Positions 47,919-56,801 of a stretch of 56,801 nucleotides of DNA are shown in pieces; the first letter of the stretch is position 1; every line of letters begins with the position of its first letter. Made by a program: the position numbers and the translations under genes. The stretch is from contig JBJTOU010000200.1 in the NCBI GenBank assembly GCA_046074725.1, positions 1-56,801 of the forward strand, in the 5' to 3' direction. This stretch comes from Planctomycetia bacterium. GTDB taxonomy: Bacteria > Planctomycetota > Planctomycetia > Pirellulales > UBA1268. Under the pieces are notes generated by a model, which made no database searches, was not told the DNA's origin, and saw only the letters and a program-made list of their open reading frames with translations.

Positions 47919-48761
47919 TCACAGTGGCCTCTCGTAGAGCGAGGGGCCGGCCCGCCGGAACCGGTGCCGCAGCCCGAGCAGGCTCTCGGCATGGCCGATG
48001 AAGAGGAATCCACCCGGAGCGAGCTGATCGAAGAGCCGCTCGACGAGCACCTGCCGCGATTCGGCGTCGAAATAGATCATCACGTTGCGGCAGAAGATCA
48101 CGTCCTGTCCCGGCGGCAGAGGGTAGGACTCCTGAAAGAGGTTGATGGCCGCGACCTGAACATGCCGTCGGAGTTCAGGCTTTACCCGATAGAAGCCCTC
48201 TCGCTCGCCGAACCCGCGGAGGAAATAACGACCGAGAAACCGTGGATCGGGGAGTTCGACTGCGCGGGCTTCGTAGATCCCCATCCTGCATCGCTGGAGC
48301 ATTCGCCGGGAAATGTCGGAGGCCAGCACCATCCAGCCACGAGAGATCAGGGGCGACTGCTGCTCGGCCAGCACGATGGCGATTGAATAGGCCTCCTCGC
48401 CCGATGCCGCGGCCGCGCTCCAGACCCGCACGCCACGGCCGGCTGCAGCCGCGCGAGGGGCCACGGCCGGAAGAACGTCGCGCGCGAGAAGATCGAAGTG
48501 TGCCGGCTCCCTGAAAAAACGGGTGTGATTGGTGGAGATGAGGTCGATCATCGCCTCGGCTTCCTCGTCTCCATCCCGTGCCCCGATGAGCCGACAGTAA
48601 TCGTCGTAGGTCGCACACCCGAGTTCGCGAAGGCGATTGGCCAGTCGGCTCGCGACGAAGGCCTGCCTGTCGGGTCCGAGCCGGATGCGGCTGCGCCGAT
48701 AGACCACGTCGGCGAGAAACGCATAGGCCTGCGGCGAGAGTGCGGCGTCGGGAGAGATCAT
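47919..48761 (-). CDS. cheR: Chemotaxis methyltransferase
   Basis: [40 protein letters not shown] and LFIGHAESL. Confidence 0.96.
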   Translation of the reverse strand: MISPDAALSPQAYAFLADVVYRRSRIRLGPDRQAFVASRLANRLRELGCATYDDYCRLIGARDGDEEAEAMIDLISTNHTRFFREPAHFDLLARDVLPAVAPRAAAAGRGVRVWSAAAASGEEAYSIAIVLAEQQSPLISRGWMVLASDISRRMLQRCRMGIYEARAVELPDPRFLGRYFLRGFGEREGFYRVKPELRRHVQVAAINLFQESYPLPPGQDVIFCRNVMIYFDAESRQVLVERLFDQLAPGGFLFIGHAESLLGLRHRFRRAGPSLYERPL

Positions 48762-50374
48762 GCCGGCCGGTGTGACCCCTCGAAACTGGTGAAGTGACGG
48801 TCCTCGGCGTCGGCCGCCGCCATGTCGCCGTCTCCAGGCATCGGGATTCGGGGGGCCGGCGCCCGGAGCCTGGGCAGCGGGGCCACCGCGGGGCCTGGAC
48901 CTGGGAGCCTGACGGGCGTGATCGATTTCCGCGATCGGATGACGAGCCCCCGAAGACTCTCGACCTGCTCCTGCATCAGCACGGCCTGGTCGGAGAGGTC
49001 GGCCGCGGCACGGGCACCCTCGTCGGCACGGGCGGCATTGTCCTGGGCGATCTGGTCGAGCTGGGCCATCGCCGTAGTGATCTGGCGGATTCCCTGTGAC
49101 TGCTCCCGGGCGGCGGTGGCGATCTCGGCGACGAGCCCGTCGGCCGCCCTGATGCGTTCGGCGATCTCATCGAGCGAGTGTCCGACACGGCCACAACTGG
49201 CGGCCCCCTCACGGCTGCTCGTGATGGCCGCCTCGATCCGTTCAGCGGTTTCGCGCGCGGCCGCGGCGCTTCGCTGCGCAAGGAGCCGCACCTCGTCGGC
49301 GACAACGGCGAACCCGGCCCCCGCCTCGCCCGCACGGGCCGCCTCGACCGCGGCATTGAGCGCGAGGATGTTGGTTTGGAAGGCAATCTCGTCGATCTGC
49401 TTGACGATCTTCGCGACGTCGCCGCTGGCGGTGGCGATCGCCTGCATCGCGCTATCCATCTCCACCATCGTCCTGGCACCGGACTCCGCGGCCACGCGGG
49501 CCTGCGCGGCACACTCCTTGGCCCGGGTGGCATTCTCGGCCGTGGCGCGGGTCATCGCCGACATCTGCTCGAGGGCCGCGCCGGTTTCCGCGACCGAGGC
49601 CCCCTGCTCGCTGCAGCCGGTGGCGACCGTCTGGCTGACGGAGGCGAGCTGGCTCGACGATGACGACGTCCGCGCGGCGCCGGTCTCGAGTGACGAGGAG
49701 ATCTGCATCAGGGTGCGTGAGAGCGACCGCATGATGGTGGTGGCCAACAGCAGTCCGACGAGCACAGTGCCCGCGAGCGTCGCGACATTGAAGCGGAAGC
49801 CCATCCGAAGTTTCGACTCGGCCCGACCAAGTTCCCGCTCGGAAAGGGCGATGTTGTGGTCGATCACGGCCCTGAATCGCTCGAGGCATTCCCGGGCGAC
49901 GGGCTCGACGTCGCCCAGCACCGTCCGTCGGGCCTCGTCGGCCCGCCCGTCGGCGGCCAGCGCGGCCGCCTGCTGCAACTTCGTGAGGAAGGCGTTCCGG
50001 GCGGCACGGGCGGCGACGAAGAGCCGCTCGTCATCTGCATCACTGAAGAGATCGACGTAGCTTCCGCACAGGCTATCGCCACGGTCGATCGCCTTCCGCA
50101 TGTCCACCGCAGCGGCCGCCATCCGCGCCGGGTCGTCGATATCGAGGATGGCCGTGCGGGCCGACTGCAAACCCAGCAAGTTGGCCTCGATGATGCGGCT
50201 GAGCGTGGCCACCGACGGCACGATGTTGTCGGAGAGCGACGTGACGTGATGCTTGATCTCCGACAGCCTCCACAACGAGGCGAGGCCGATCGAGAACGCA
50301 GCCAGCACGAGCACCGCAAACCCGACACCGACTCGATGGGGAATGGTCGAGGTCTTGAACCAGGTCTTGAACAT
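48758..50374 (-). CDS. Methyl-accepting chemotaxis protein (four-helix-bundle-type sensor)
   Basis: Two TMs flanking a helical sensor; [37 protein letters not shown] signalling tip. Confidence 0.95.
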   Translation of the reverse strand: MFKTWFKTSTIPHRVGVGFAVLVLAAFSIGLASLWRLSEIKHHVTSLSDNIVPSVATLSRIIEANLLGLQSARTAILDIDDPARMAAAAVDMRKAIDRGDSLCGSYVDLFSDADDERLFVAARAARNAFLTKLQQAAALAADGRADEARRTVLGDVEPVARECLERFRAVIDHNIALSERELGRAESKLRMGFRFNVATLAGTVLVGLLLATTIMRSLSRTLMQISSSLETGAARTSSSSSQLASVSQTVATGCSEQGASVAETGAALEQMSAMTRATAENATRAKECAAQARVAAESGARTMVEMDSAMQAIATASGDVAKIVKQIDEIAFQTNILALNAAVEAARAGEAGAGFAVVADEVRLLAQRSAAAARETAERIEAAITSSREGAASCGRVGHSLDEIAERIRAADGLVAEIATAAREQSQGIRQITTAMAQLDQIAQDNAARADEGARAAADLSDQAVLMQEQVESLRGLVIRSRKSITPVRLPGPGPAVAPLPRLRAPAPRIPMPGDGDMAAADAEDRHFTSFEGSHRPA

Positions 50375-50383
50375 GGGGGCCTT

Positions 50384-50911
50384 TCAGGACAGTGAGGATT
50401 CGGCGGCCGCGTTGCCCGACGTCATCGAATGAATGTCCGCGGCCGCGATGGCATCGATGTCGATCAGTGTCGTCACGCCACGGGTGGTTCTGGCCATCCC
50501 GGCGATGAAGCGGGCATCGATCGCACCGCCGAAATCGGGGGTCGGCACGAGGTCGTCGGAGGCGTAGGAGACCACCTCCTCGACGCTGTCGATGACGACC
50601 GCGTAGGGTCGCACGCCGCCGCTCGCCGCCGGAACCTCGGTGACGATGAAGCAGGTGCGGTCGTGGTCGGGCGGGGCCGGCAGCCCGAACCGAGCCCGCA
50701 GATCGACCAGCGGAATCACACGCCCGCGCAGGTTGATCACGCCCCTGACGTACGGCGGCATCGTTGCCACTGGCGTGACCGGGCAGAGCCTGATGATCTC
50801 CCGCACCACCAGCACGCTCATGCCGTAGGTTTCACCCGCGAGGGAGAAGGTCAGGTACTTGCCCGGCCGGGCCATGGCCACGTCGGGGGGAAGGGGCATG
50901 GGAAGCGTCAT
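50384..50911 (-). CDS. cheW: Chemotaxis adaptor CheW
   Basis: KYLTFSLAGETYG, VRGVINLRGRVIPLVDLR and VVIDSVEEV. Confidence 0.95.
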   Translation of the reverse strand: MTLPMPLPPDVAMARPGKYLTFSLAGETYGMSVLVVREIIRLCPVTPVATMPPYVRGVINLRGRVIPLVDLRARFGLPAPPDHDRTCFIVTEVPAASGGVRPYAVVIDSVEEVVSYASDDLVPTPDFGGAIDARFIAGMARTTRGVTTLIDIDAIAAADIHSMTSGNAAAESSLS

Positions 50912-50924
50912 CGTGTGCGGGCGG

Positions 50925-53036
50925 TCATGCCGCCGTCTCCAAGGGCGATGTCGTGAGCCGCACCAGGGCCGTCGCGTCGAGGATCAAGCCGACGCGGCCG
51001 TCACCGAGGATCGCCGCGCCGGCGAAACTGCGGGCCCCTCGGAACGTCTCGCCGAGGGCCTTGATCACGACCTCCTGCCTGCCGACGAGGGAATCGATCA
51101 AAAGGCAGCGGCGGTCGTGGCCCGATTCGACGACGACCACGATGCCCCGGAGGGGATCGTCGATCGCAGTGTCGATGCCGAGGTGGCGACCAAGCCGTAA
51201 GAGCGGCAGTAACTGGCCTCGAACATCGACCAATTCGCCACGTCCGTGCACCGTCGTCACGCCGCCTGCGGGCGGCCGAAACGATTCCCGGACCGACACC
51301 GCGGGAATGACGAACTGCTGCTCGCCGACGGCCACGAGCAGACCCTCGATGATCGCCAGCGTCAGCGGCATGAAGATCGTGAAGGTGGTGCCCTTCCCGG
51401 GATGCGATTCGATCTCGACGGTGCCGCGTAGGCGTTCGATGTTGCGGCGCACGACATCCATCCCGACACCGCGGCCCGAGAGGTCCGAGACCCGCTCCGC
51501 GGTGGAGAACCCAGGCGCGAAGATCAACTCCAAGGCCGCTCGGTCGTCGATCACGGAATCGGCGGCGATGAGCCCGCGTTCGACCCCCTTGGCACGCAGC
51601 TTCGCCGGATCGAGTCCCTGACCGTCGTCGGCGATCTGGATCACCACGAAGCCGCCCTGATGACGGGCCCGAAGCGTGATCGTGCCGGCCGCCGGCTTTC
51701 CAGTTGCGGACCGATCGGCCGGAGACTCGATGCCATGGTCGGCCGCGTTGCGAACCATGTGCATGAGCGGGTCGCCGATCTCCTCGATGACGGTGCGATC
51801 GAGTTCAGTCTCCTCTCCCTCCACGACGAGGCGGATCTCCTTGCCGAGCTGCGCGGACAGGTCGCGGACAAGACGGCCCATCTTCTGGAACGTTCCCTGG
51901 ATCGGAATCATCCGCATGGCCATGGCCGTCCGCTGAAGTTCGGCCGTGATGCCCCGCAGCCGACCGAGCGACCGCGCGAGCGGCTCATCGGCTCCGCGAG
52001 CCTCGGCACCGATGGCGACCATCGACTGCGCGATGACCAGTTCGCCGACCAGATCGACGAGCCCGTCGAGTTTCTGGGTATCGACTCGAATGGAGCCAGT
52101 GGTCGATGCGGCCCGAACCGGCGTCGCCGCGGCGGGAGCTTCGACCGCCGCCGGCTCGACGGGAACGGGCGCAGACTGATCGGCAGCCGCCGCAGCGAGG
52201 GTCGTCTCGGCGGACACAGGAGGTGTCGGAGTCGGCGGCAGGGGGCTCGGAGCCAATTCGCCCGTGAGGACGGCCCGCACCCGGCTCACCACGGCGGGAA
52301 TGGGAAGGTCGATCGATCGGCCCACGTTGTGGCCGTCGAGCTGCCGCGCCAGTTCCGACACGTATCCAGCGAAAACGTCGGCCCCGGCGAGCACCACGTC
52401 GATGGCGTTGCGATCAAGCCGCCGCCCACCCCGGCGGGCTGCATCGAGCAACGACTCCAGTTCGTGAGCCAGCCGCTGCAGCACGACGAGCTTCATGACG
52501 GCGGCGTTGCCCTTGAACGTGTGGAAGGCTCGAAAGACGGTGGCGAGCGTGTCGGGATCGTCCGGCGTGGTTTCCAATCGCAGCACGCCCTGCTCGATCT
52601 CCCGCAGGAGATCCTCCGATTCGGAGCAGAAGAGCCGCATCAGTTCGGGATCGGCCCCCTCCGGCAGCACCGTCACCGGCTGGGATGCATCGAGAACCTC
52701 GGGGGTCGCAGGTGCGGTCACGGCGCCGAGTGCCGTCGGCCAGATCGGCAGCGGGAGCCCGCGCTCCCAGGAGGTGACCGACTCCTCCATCCACGGATGC
52801 CAGAGATTGAATCGCTCCGCCACGTCGGGCCCGATCGACCCGGCATCGGCGAGCCAGCCCGAGGCGGCGGCGACCGCCGAGCGGATCTCCGATGGCGCCG
52901 AGCCGCTCACCGTGCGAGCCAAGGAGGCGAGCATCTCGCGCAGTGGTGCAGGACCCGCCGTCGAAACAAAGGCAAGTTCAAGGCCGATCTTCTGGAGCAG
53001 GCCCCGGGAAACGGCGATCGTGGCGTCGGAAGGCAT
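50925..53036 (-). CDS. cheA: Chemotaxis histidine kinase CheA
   Basis: Hpt FRAFHTFKG, dimerisation IRVDTQKLD, HMVRNAADHGIE, DDGQG, SGRGVGMDVV, C-terminal CheW domain. Confidence 0.96.
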   Translation of the reverse strand: MPSDATIAVSRGLLQKIGLELAFVSTAGPAPLREMLASLARTVSGSAPSEIRSAVAAASGWLADAGSIGPDVAERFNLWHPWMEESVTSWERGLPLPIWPTALGAVTAPATPEVLDASQPVTVLPEGADPELMRLFCSESEDLLREIEQGVLRLETTPDDPDTLATVFRAFHTFKGNAAVMKLVVLQRLAHELESLLDAARRGGRRLDRNAIDVVLAGADVFAGYVSELARQLDGHNVGRSIDLPIPAVVSRVRAVLTGELAPSPLPPTPTPPVSAETTLAAAAADQSAPVPVEPAAVEAPAAATPVRAASTTGSIRVDTQKLDGLVDLVGELVIAQSMVAIGAEARGADEPLARSLGRLRGITAELQRTAMAMRMIPIQGTFQKMGRLVRDLSAQLGKEIRLVVEGEETELDRTVIEEIGDPLMHMVRNAADHGIESPADRSATGKPAAGTITLRARHQGGFVVIQIADDGQGLDPAKLRAKGVERGLIAADSVIDDRAALELIFAPGFSTAERVSDLSGRGVGMDVVRRNIERLRGTVEIESHPGKGTTFTIFMPLTLAIIEGLLVAVGEQQFVIPAVSVRESFRPPAGGVTTVHGRGELVDVRGQLLPLLRLGRHLGIDTAIDDPLRGIVVVVESGHDRRCLLIDSLVGRQEVVIKALGETFRGARSFAGAAILGDGRVGLILDATALVRLTTSPLETAA

Positions 53037-53247
53037 CGAACCCCGGCTCACAGGTCGGACGGGCCCTCCGCGGACCCTCCTGCTCAATCGTAGCTCGCAA
53101 TTCCACCGACTGGTGGATCTGCGGAAACGGTCGGGGAAAGTCCTATCGTGCCGGTTGTGCCGGCGGCGGCGTCACGGCCCGAAAACGCGACCTAGACTTC
53201 CCTGACGGGCCCGAATCCGGCGGCCCGATGCCCTTCTGGATACAGCC

Positions 53248-54711
53248 ATGAACGCCATGCAGCGGCTGAAGCTGACGACGATCGCGCCCGTGGCGGGTCT
53301 GCTCGCGCTTTCCCTTGCCGCCTTCGTCAGCCAGCGGTCGCTCAGCCAGGCCCAGACCAACCGGTTCGACTCCTATCGCCTCGCCAACGAGTTGCGAGAG
53401 AGTTCCGACGAACTCACGCGACTGGCCCGCACATACTGCGTCACGGGTGATTCCGAGTTCGAGCGGCAGTTCTGGCATGTGCTCGACGTCCGCAACGGCA
53501 CGCAGCCACGCCCCGACGGCCGCACCGTGCCGCTGCGGACGCTCATGGAGCGACAGGGCTTCACGCAGGCCGAATTCGCGATGCTCGAGCAGGCGGAAGA
53601 CAACTCCAACGCCCTCGTGGCAACTGAAACCATCGCGATGAACGCGATGAAGGGGCTTTTCTCCGACGGACAGGGGGGCTTCACAAAGCGAGGCGATCCC
53701 GACCGGGAGCTTGCCCGACGGATCATGCATGATTCGCAATACCATGCCGACAAGGCGAGGATCATGGAGCCGATCGGCCGGTTCGAGCAGATGATCGACC
53801 GTCGGACCGACGAGGCGGCCCACACCGCCCGCCGTCGCAGCGACGCGATGATGCTGGTCATGGTCGTCGTTGCGGCTGTGGCCGCCGTCATGACCTGGCT
53901 GAGCATCGGCCGCCATGCACGCACGCTCCGCGGCGCCATCGATCAGCTCGCCTCGACCGCGGAGAACGTCGGCAGTGGGGCGACCGAGACGGCCGCGGCA
54001 AGCCAGTCGCTGGCCCAGGGGGTGACGGAGCAGGTGGCGGCCGTCGAGGACATCTCGCAATCGGCCCGTGAAACCGCCAGCATGGCCTCCGACAACGCCC
54101 GGCGCACGCAGTCGGCAAGCGACCTCGTGGCCCGCGAGGAACGGCAGTTCGCCGAAGCCTCGAACCGCTTGGGGGAAATGGTCACGGCGATGGAGGCGAT
54201 CAGGACGACCGGCGGCCGAATCTCGAAGATCAACAAGGTGATCGACGCGATCGCCTTTCAGACCAACATCCTCGCCCTCAATGCGGCGGTGGAAGCGGCC
54301 CGTGCCGGCGAGGCCGGGCTCGGATTCGCAGTGGTGGCCGAGGAGGTTCGGATGCTCGCGCGTCGATCGGCCGAGGCGGCCCGCGAGACGGCCTCGCTCA
54401 TCGAGGAGTCGATCGGCCGCTCCGATGCCGGCAGCGAGAAGGTGGCCGACGTGGCAGCCTCCATCACATCGCTCGCAGAGCAGGCGTCGGCGGTTCGGGT
54501 ACTCGTCGATGAGGTGAACGCGGGGAGCCGCGAGCAGCAACTGGCGGTCTCCCGCATCGGCGACGCGATCAAGCAGATTGAGGACGTGAGCCAGCAGGCG
54601 GCAGCAGGGGCCGAACAGGGGTCCGCCGCGGCGGAGGAACTCAACGCCCAGGCCGCATCGCTGCTCGACGTCGTTGCGATCCTCGGCCACATGGTCGGGC
54701 GAGATCGTTAG
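53248..54711 (+). CDS. Methyl-accepting chemotaxis protein
   Basis: Two TMs, sensor [22 protein letters not shown], signalling tip [26 protein letters not shown]. Confidence 0.95.
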   Translation: MNAMQRLKLTTIAPVAGLLALSLAAFVSQRSLSQAQTNRFDSYRLANELRESSDELTRLARTYCVTGDSEFERQFWHVLDVRNGTQPRPDGRTVPLRTLMERQGFTQAEFAMLEQAEDNSNALVATETIAMNAMKGLFSDGQGGFTKRGDPDRELARRIMHDSQYHADKARIMEPIGRFEQMIDRRTDEAAHTARRRSDAMMLVMVVVAAVAAVMTWLSIGRHARTLRGAIDQLASTAENVGSGATETAAASQSLAQGVTEQVAAVEDISQSARETASMASDNARRTQSASDLVAREERQFAEASNRLGEMVTAMEAIRTTGGRISKINKVIDAIAFQTNILALNAAVEAARAGEAGLGFAVVAEEVRMLARRSAEAARETASLIEESIGRSDAGSEKVADVAASITSLAEQASAVRVLVDEVNAGSREQQLAVSRIGDAIKQIEDVSQQAAAGAEQGSAAAEELNAQAASLLDVVAILGHMVGRDR

Positions 54712-56105
54712 CGACTGGACAGGCGTGCTTTCCAGGATGCCAGCTGTTCGGCGACGCGGGCAGGGGCGGTCGATCCAAAGCTCTGCATCCGCGAGACAGC
54801 CTGCGATGCGCCGAGCGCCGTGCGATACGAGGGCTTCCAGCCGGAGCATTCATGCCGGCATTCGTCTTCGGAAAGCTCGTCGAGCCGCACACCGCGGTTC
54901 ATCGCCAGCCGCACGAGCCGTCCGACCGTCTCATGCGCAGTTCGCTGGGGCAGCCCGTCGGCGATCAGGGCCTCCATCAGGCTCGTGGCATCGAGATGGC
55001 CGCGATCGACCGAGGCGGCGATGCGGTTCCGGTCGAACGACGTGCCCTCCACCAGCGGTGCGGCCACACCCAGCATCGCCTCGAGCGTGTCGATCGAATC
55101 AAAGATCCGCTCCTTGTCCTCCTGGAGGTCGCGGTTGTAGGCCGTCGGCAGGCCCTTGAGCAGCACCAGCAACGCCTGCACGTTGCCGATCGCGCGGGCC
55201 GACTTGCCGCGGACCAGTTCGAGGACATCCGGGTTGATCTTCTGCGGCATGATCGAACTGCCGGTGCAGAATCCCTCCGGCAGTTCCAGGAATCCGAACT
55301 CGTGCGTGCTCCAGAGGATCCACTCCTCGGCCCATTGCGAAAGGTGCACGGCGCACAGCGACAGCGCAAAGGCCAGTTCACAGGCGAAGTCGCGGTCGCT
55401 CGCCCCGTCGAGGCTGTTGGCCGCGATGCCATCGAATCCGAGCGACCGCTGCACATGCTCGCGGTCGATCGGCAGGCTCGTGCCGGCCAGCGCTCCGGAG
55501 CCGAGCGGCAGGATGTTGGTCCGCCTCCGGCAGTCGGCGAGCCGGTCCCGATCACGCTGGAGTTTCTCGCACCAGGAGAGGATCTGATGGCTCGCGAGCA
55601 CCGGCTGCGCCCGACGCAGGTGCGTGTAGGCGGGAATGACGAGCCCCTGCTCCCGCTCGGCCAGACCGACGAAGGCCCGCTGCAATCCAGCGATCGCCGC
55701 GTCGATCCGATCGATGGCCCGTCGGCAATAGAGCCGCAGGTCGGTCGCCACCTGGTCGTTGCGGCTTCGGGCCGTGTGGAGCTTTCTCCCGACGTCGCCC
55801 AGTTTCGCCGTGAGGGCCGACTCGATGTGGAGGTGGATATCCTCCTTGGCGATGGTGAATTCGAATCTGCCAGCCGCGATCTCGCGGCGGATCTCCTCGA
55901 GCGCCGTGGCCACCGCCTCGGCCTCGGCCGCCGTCATGAGCCCGCAGGCGGCGAGCATCCGGGCGTGGGCGATCGAGCCGTCGATGTCGTCGTCGGCCAA
56001 CCGACGGTCGAACGACACGCTCTCGGAAAACCGCTCGACCCGTGCGTCGGTCGGCTCACGAAACACGCCTCCCCAGGCTTTTGAATGCTTGGAGGAATGG
56101 TCCAT
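54708..56105 (-). CDS. argH: Argininosuccinate lyase
   Basis: [47 protein letters not shown] and [10 protein letters not shown]. Confidence 0.98.
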   Translation of the reverse strand: MDHSSKHSKAWGGVFREPTDARVERFSESVSFDRRLADDDIDGSIAHARMLAACGLMTAAEAEAVATALEEIRREIAAGRFEFTIAKEDIHLHIESALTAKLGDVGRKLHTARSRNDQVATDLRLYCRRAIDRIDAAIAGLQRAFVGLAEREQGLVIPAYTHLRRAQPVLASHQILSWCEKLQRDRDRLADCRRRTNILPLGSGALAGTSLPIDREHVQRSLGFDGIAANSLDGASDRDFACELAFALSLCAVHLSQWAEEWILWSTHEFGFLELPEGFCTGSSIMPQKINPDVLELVRGKSARAIGNVQALLVLLKGLPTAYNRDLQEDKERIFDSIDTLEAMLGVAAPLVEGTSFDRNRIAASVDRGHLDATSLMEALIADGLPQRTAHETVGRLVRLAMNRGVRLDELSEDECRHECSGWKPSYRTALGASQAVSRMQSFGSTAPARVAEQLASWKARLSSR

Positions 56106-56536
56106 CACGATCCCTTTCTGCGGCGGACGTTTCCCTACTTGTACTGTCGCAGGGTGAAAAATCCATTCGCGAGCATCACCGTCGTGGTCGGACGACCGTG
56201 ACGGCGGGCAGATTGTGCTTGGACAGCCTATTGCCGGCGGCGCACACCCGCCGTGGCTCAAAGACTTCACCGGGTAGGAATCGCGACTCGCACGACCGCG
56301 TGCCCTGGTCCTTCGACTGCCGCCGCATGGATCCTCCACTCCCCCATCACGCGGGGGTCTGTTGGCGTGGATCGGCATTCGAATTGAGGCAACAACACTT
56401 CGCTCCACAAGCGTTGCCCACTTCGCCCAGATGGCTCACCGACGGGCCGCCTTGGGGCAATCGTACCGGCTGCCGCTCAAGCCCGAGGCGTTCCCGGCGG
56501 TGGTCGTGCCAGACCATCAGATAGGATTGCGTCATC

Positions 56537-56801
56537 ATGCTTCGCCCCGAAGATTTTCTCGCGCCCGATGGTCGACTGGCGGCGCGGCTGCCGGTATGGG
56601 AATCGCGGCCTCAGCAGGTGGACATGGCGGGGCTGATCTCGCAGGCGATCGCCGAACGGCGGCATGCAATCGTCGAGGCAGGAACGGGCGTGGGCAAAAG
56701 CCTCGCCTACCTCGTGCCGGCCGTGCTCGCCGCGACGGCGGACCAGGCGGAGGAGTTCGAAGCCGCCGAGGAGGCGTTCGGTGCGGCGCCGGGCGATCTC
56801 G
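56537..56801 (+). CDS. DinG/YoaA family helicase, 5' fragment running off the window
   Basis: Hand translation MLRPEDFLAPDGRLAARLPVWESRPQQVDMA...IVEAGTGVGKSLAYLVPA (Q motif and Walker A). Confidence 0.9.
   Translation, partial: MLRPEDFLAPDGRLAARLPVWESRPQQVDMAGLISQAIAERRHAIVEAGTGVGKSLAYLVPAVLAATADQAEEFEAAEEAFGAAPGDL

Noticed and set aside
56106-56536. 430-nt argH/dinG divergent gap as ncRNA, riboswitch or sigma-54 promoter
   Set aside because: No recognisable RNA motif. The minus-strand TGGCACG-N-CCGC near 56500 lacks the TTGC -12 element, so it is too weak to call.

Overview
GC-rich chromosomal segment, most likely from a Planctomycete (Pirellulales-like); this assignment is inferred from the gene families present. 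About 48 CDSs. It contains fliA-flgM, RNA methyltransferases, pdxH, an HpnN-like MMPL transporter, a rhomboid protease and nadA. A tightly coupled operon runs WD40-thiS-thiG-hisF-pilT-(dead PilB/GspE-like ATPase)-cvpA. It also has epmA, uspA-like, metG, a thioredoxin-trypsin fusion, an M28/glutaminyl-cyclase-like enzyme next to a lysine-less lipoyl domain and lnt, mtfA, a 1350-aa unknown, a catalytically dead LipB homologue with an intact lipA, a stand-alone sigma-54 activator, a CheY-less chemosensory cassette, argH and the 5' end of a DinG helicase. I saw no tRNA, rRNA, CRISPR array or transposase. Most striking: three diverged copies (about 1528, 24577 and 30921) of a ~130-150 nt intergenic element with clear compensatory base-pair changes and two GGA-loop hairpins. 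These are CsrA/RsmA-type binding motifs, and further GGA hairpins lie nearby. Second: a set of pseudo-enzyme lipoylation components (LipB lacking its Lys and Cys, a lipoyl domain lacking its Lys) that may form an undescribed module.
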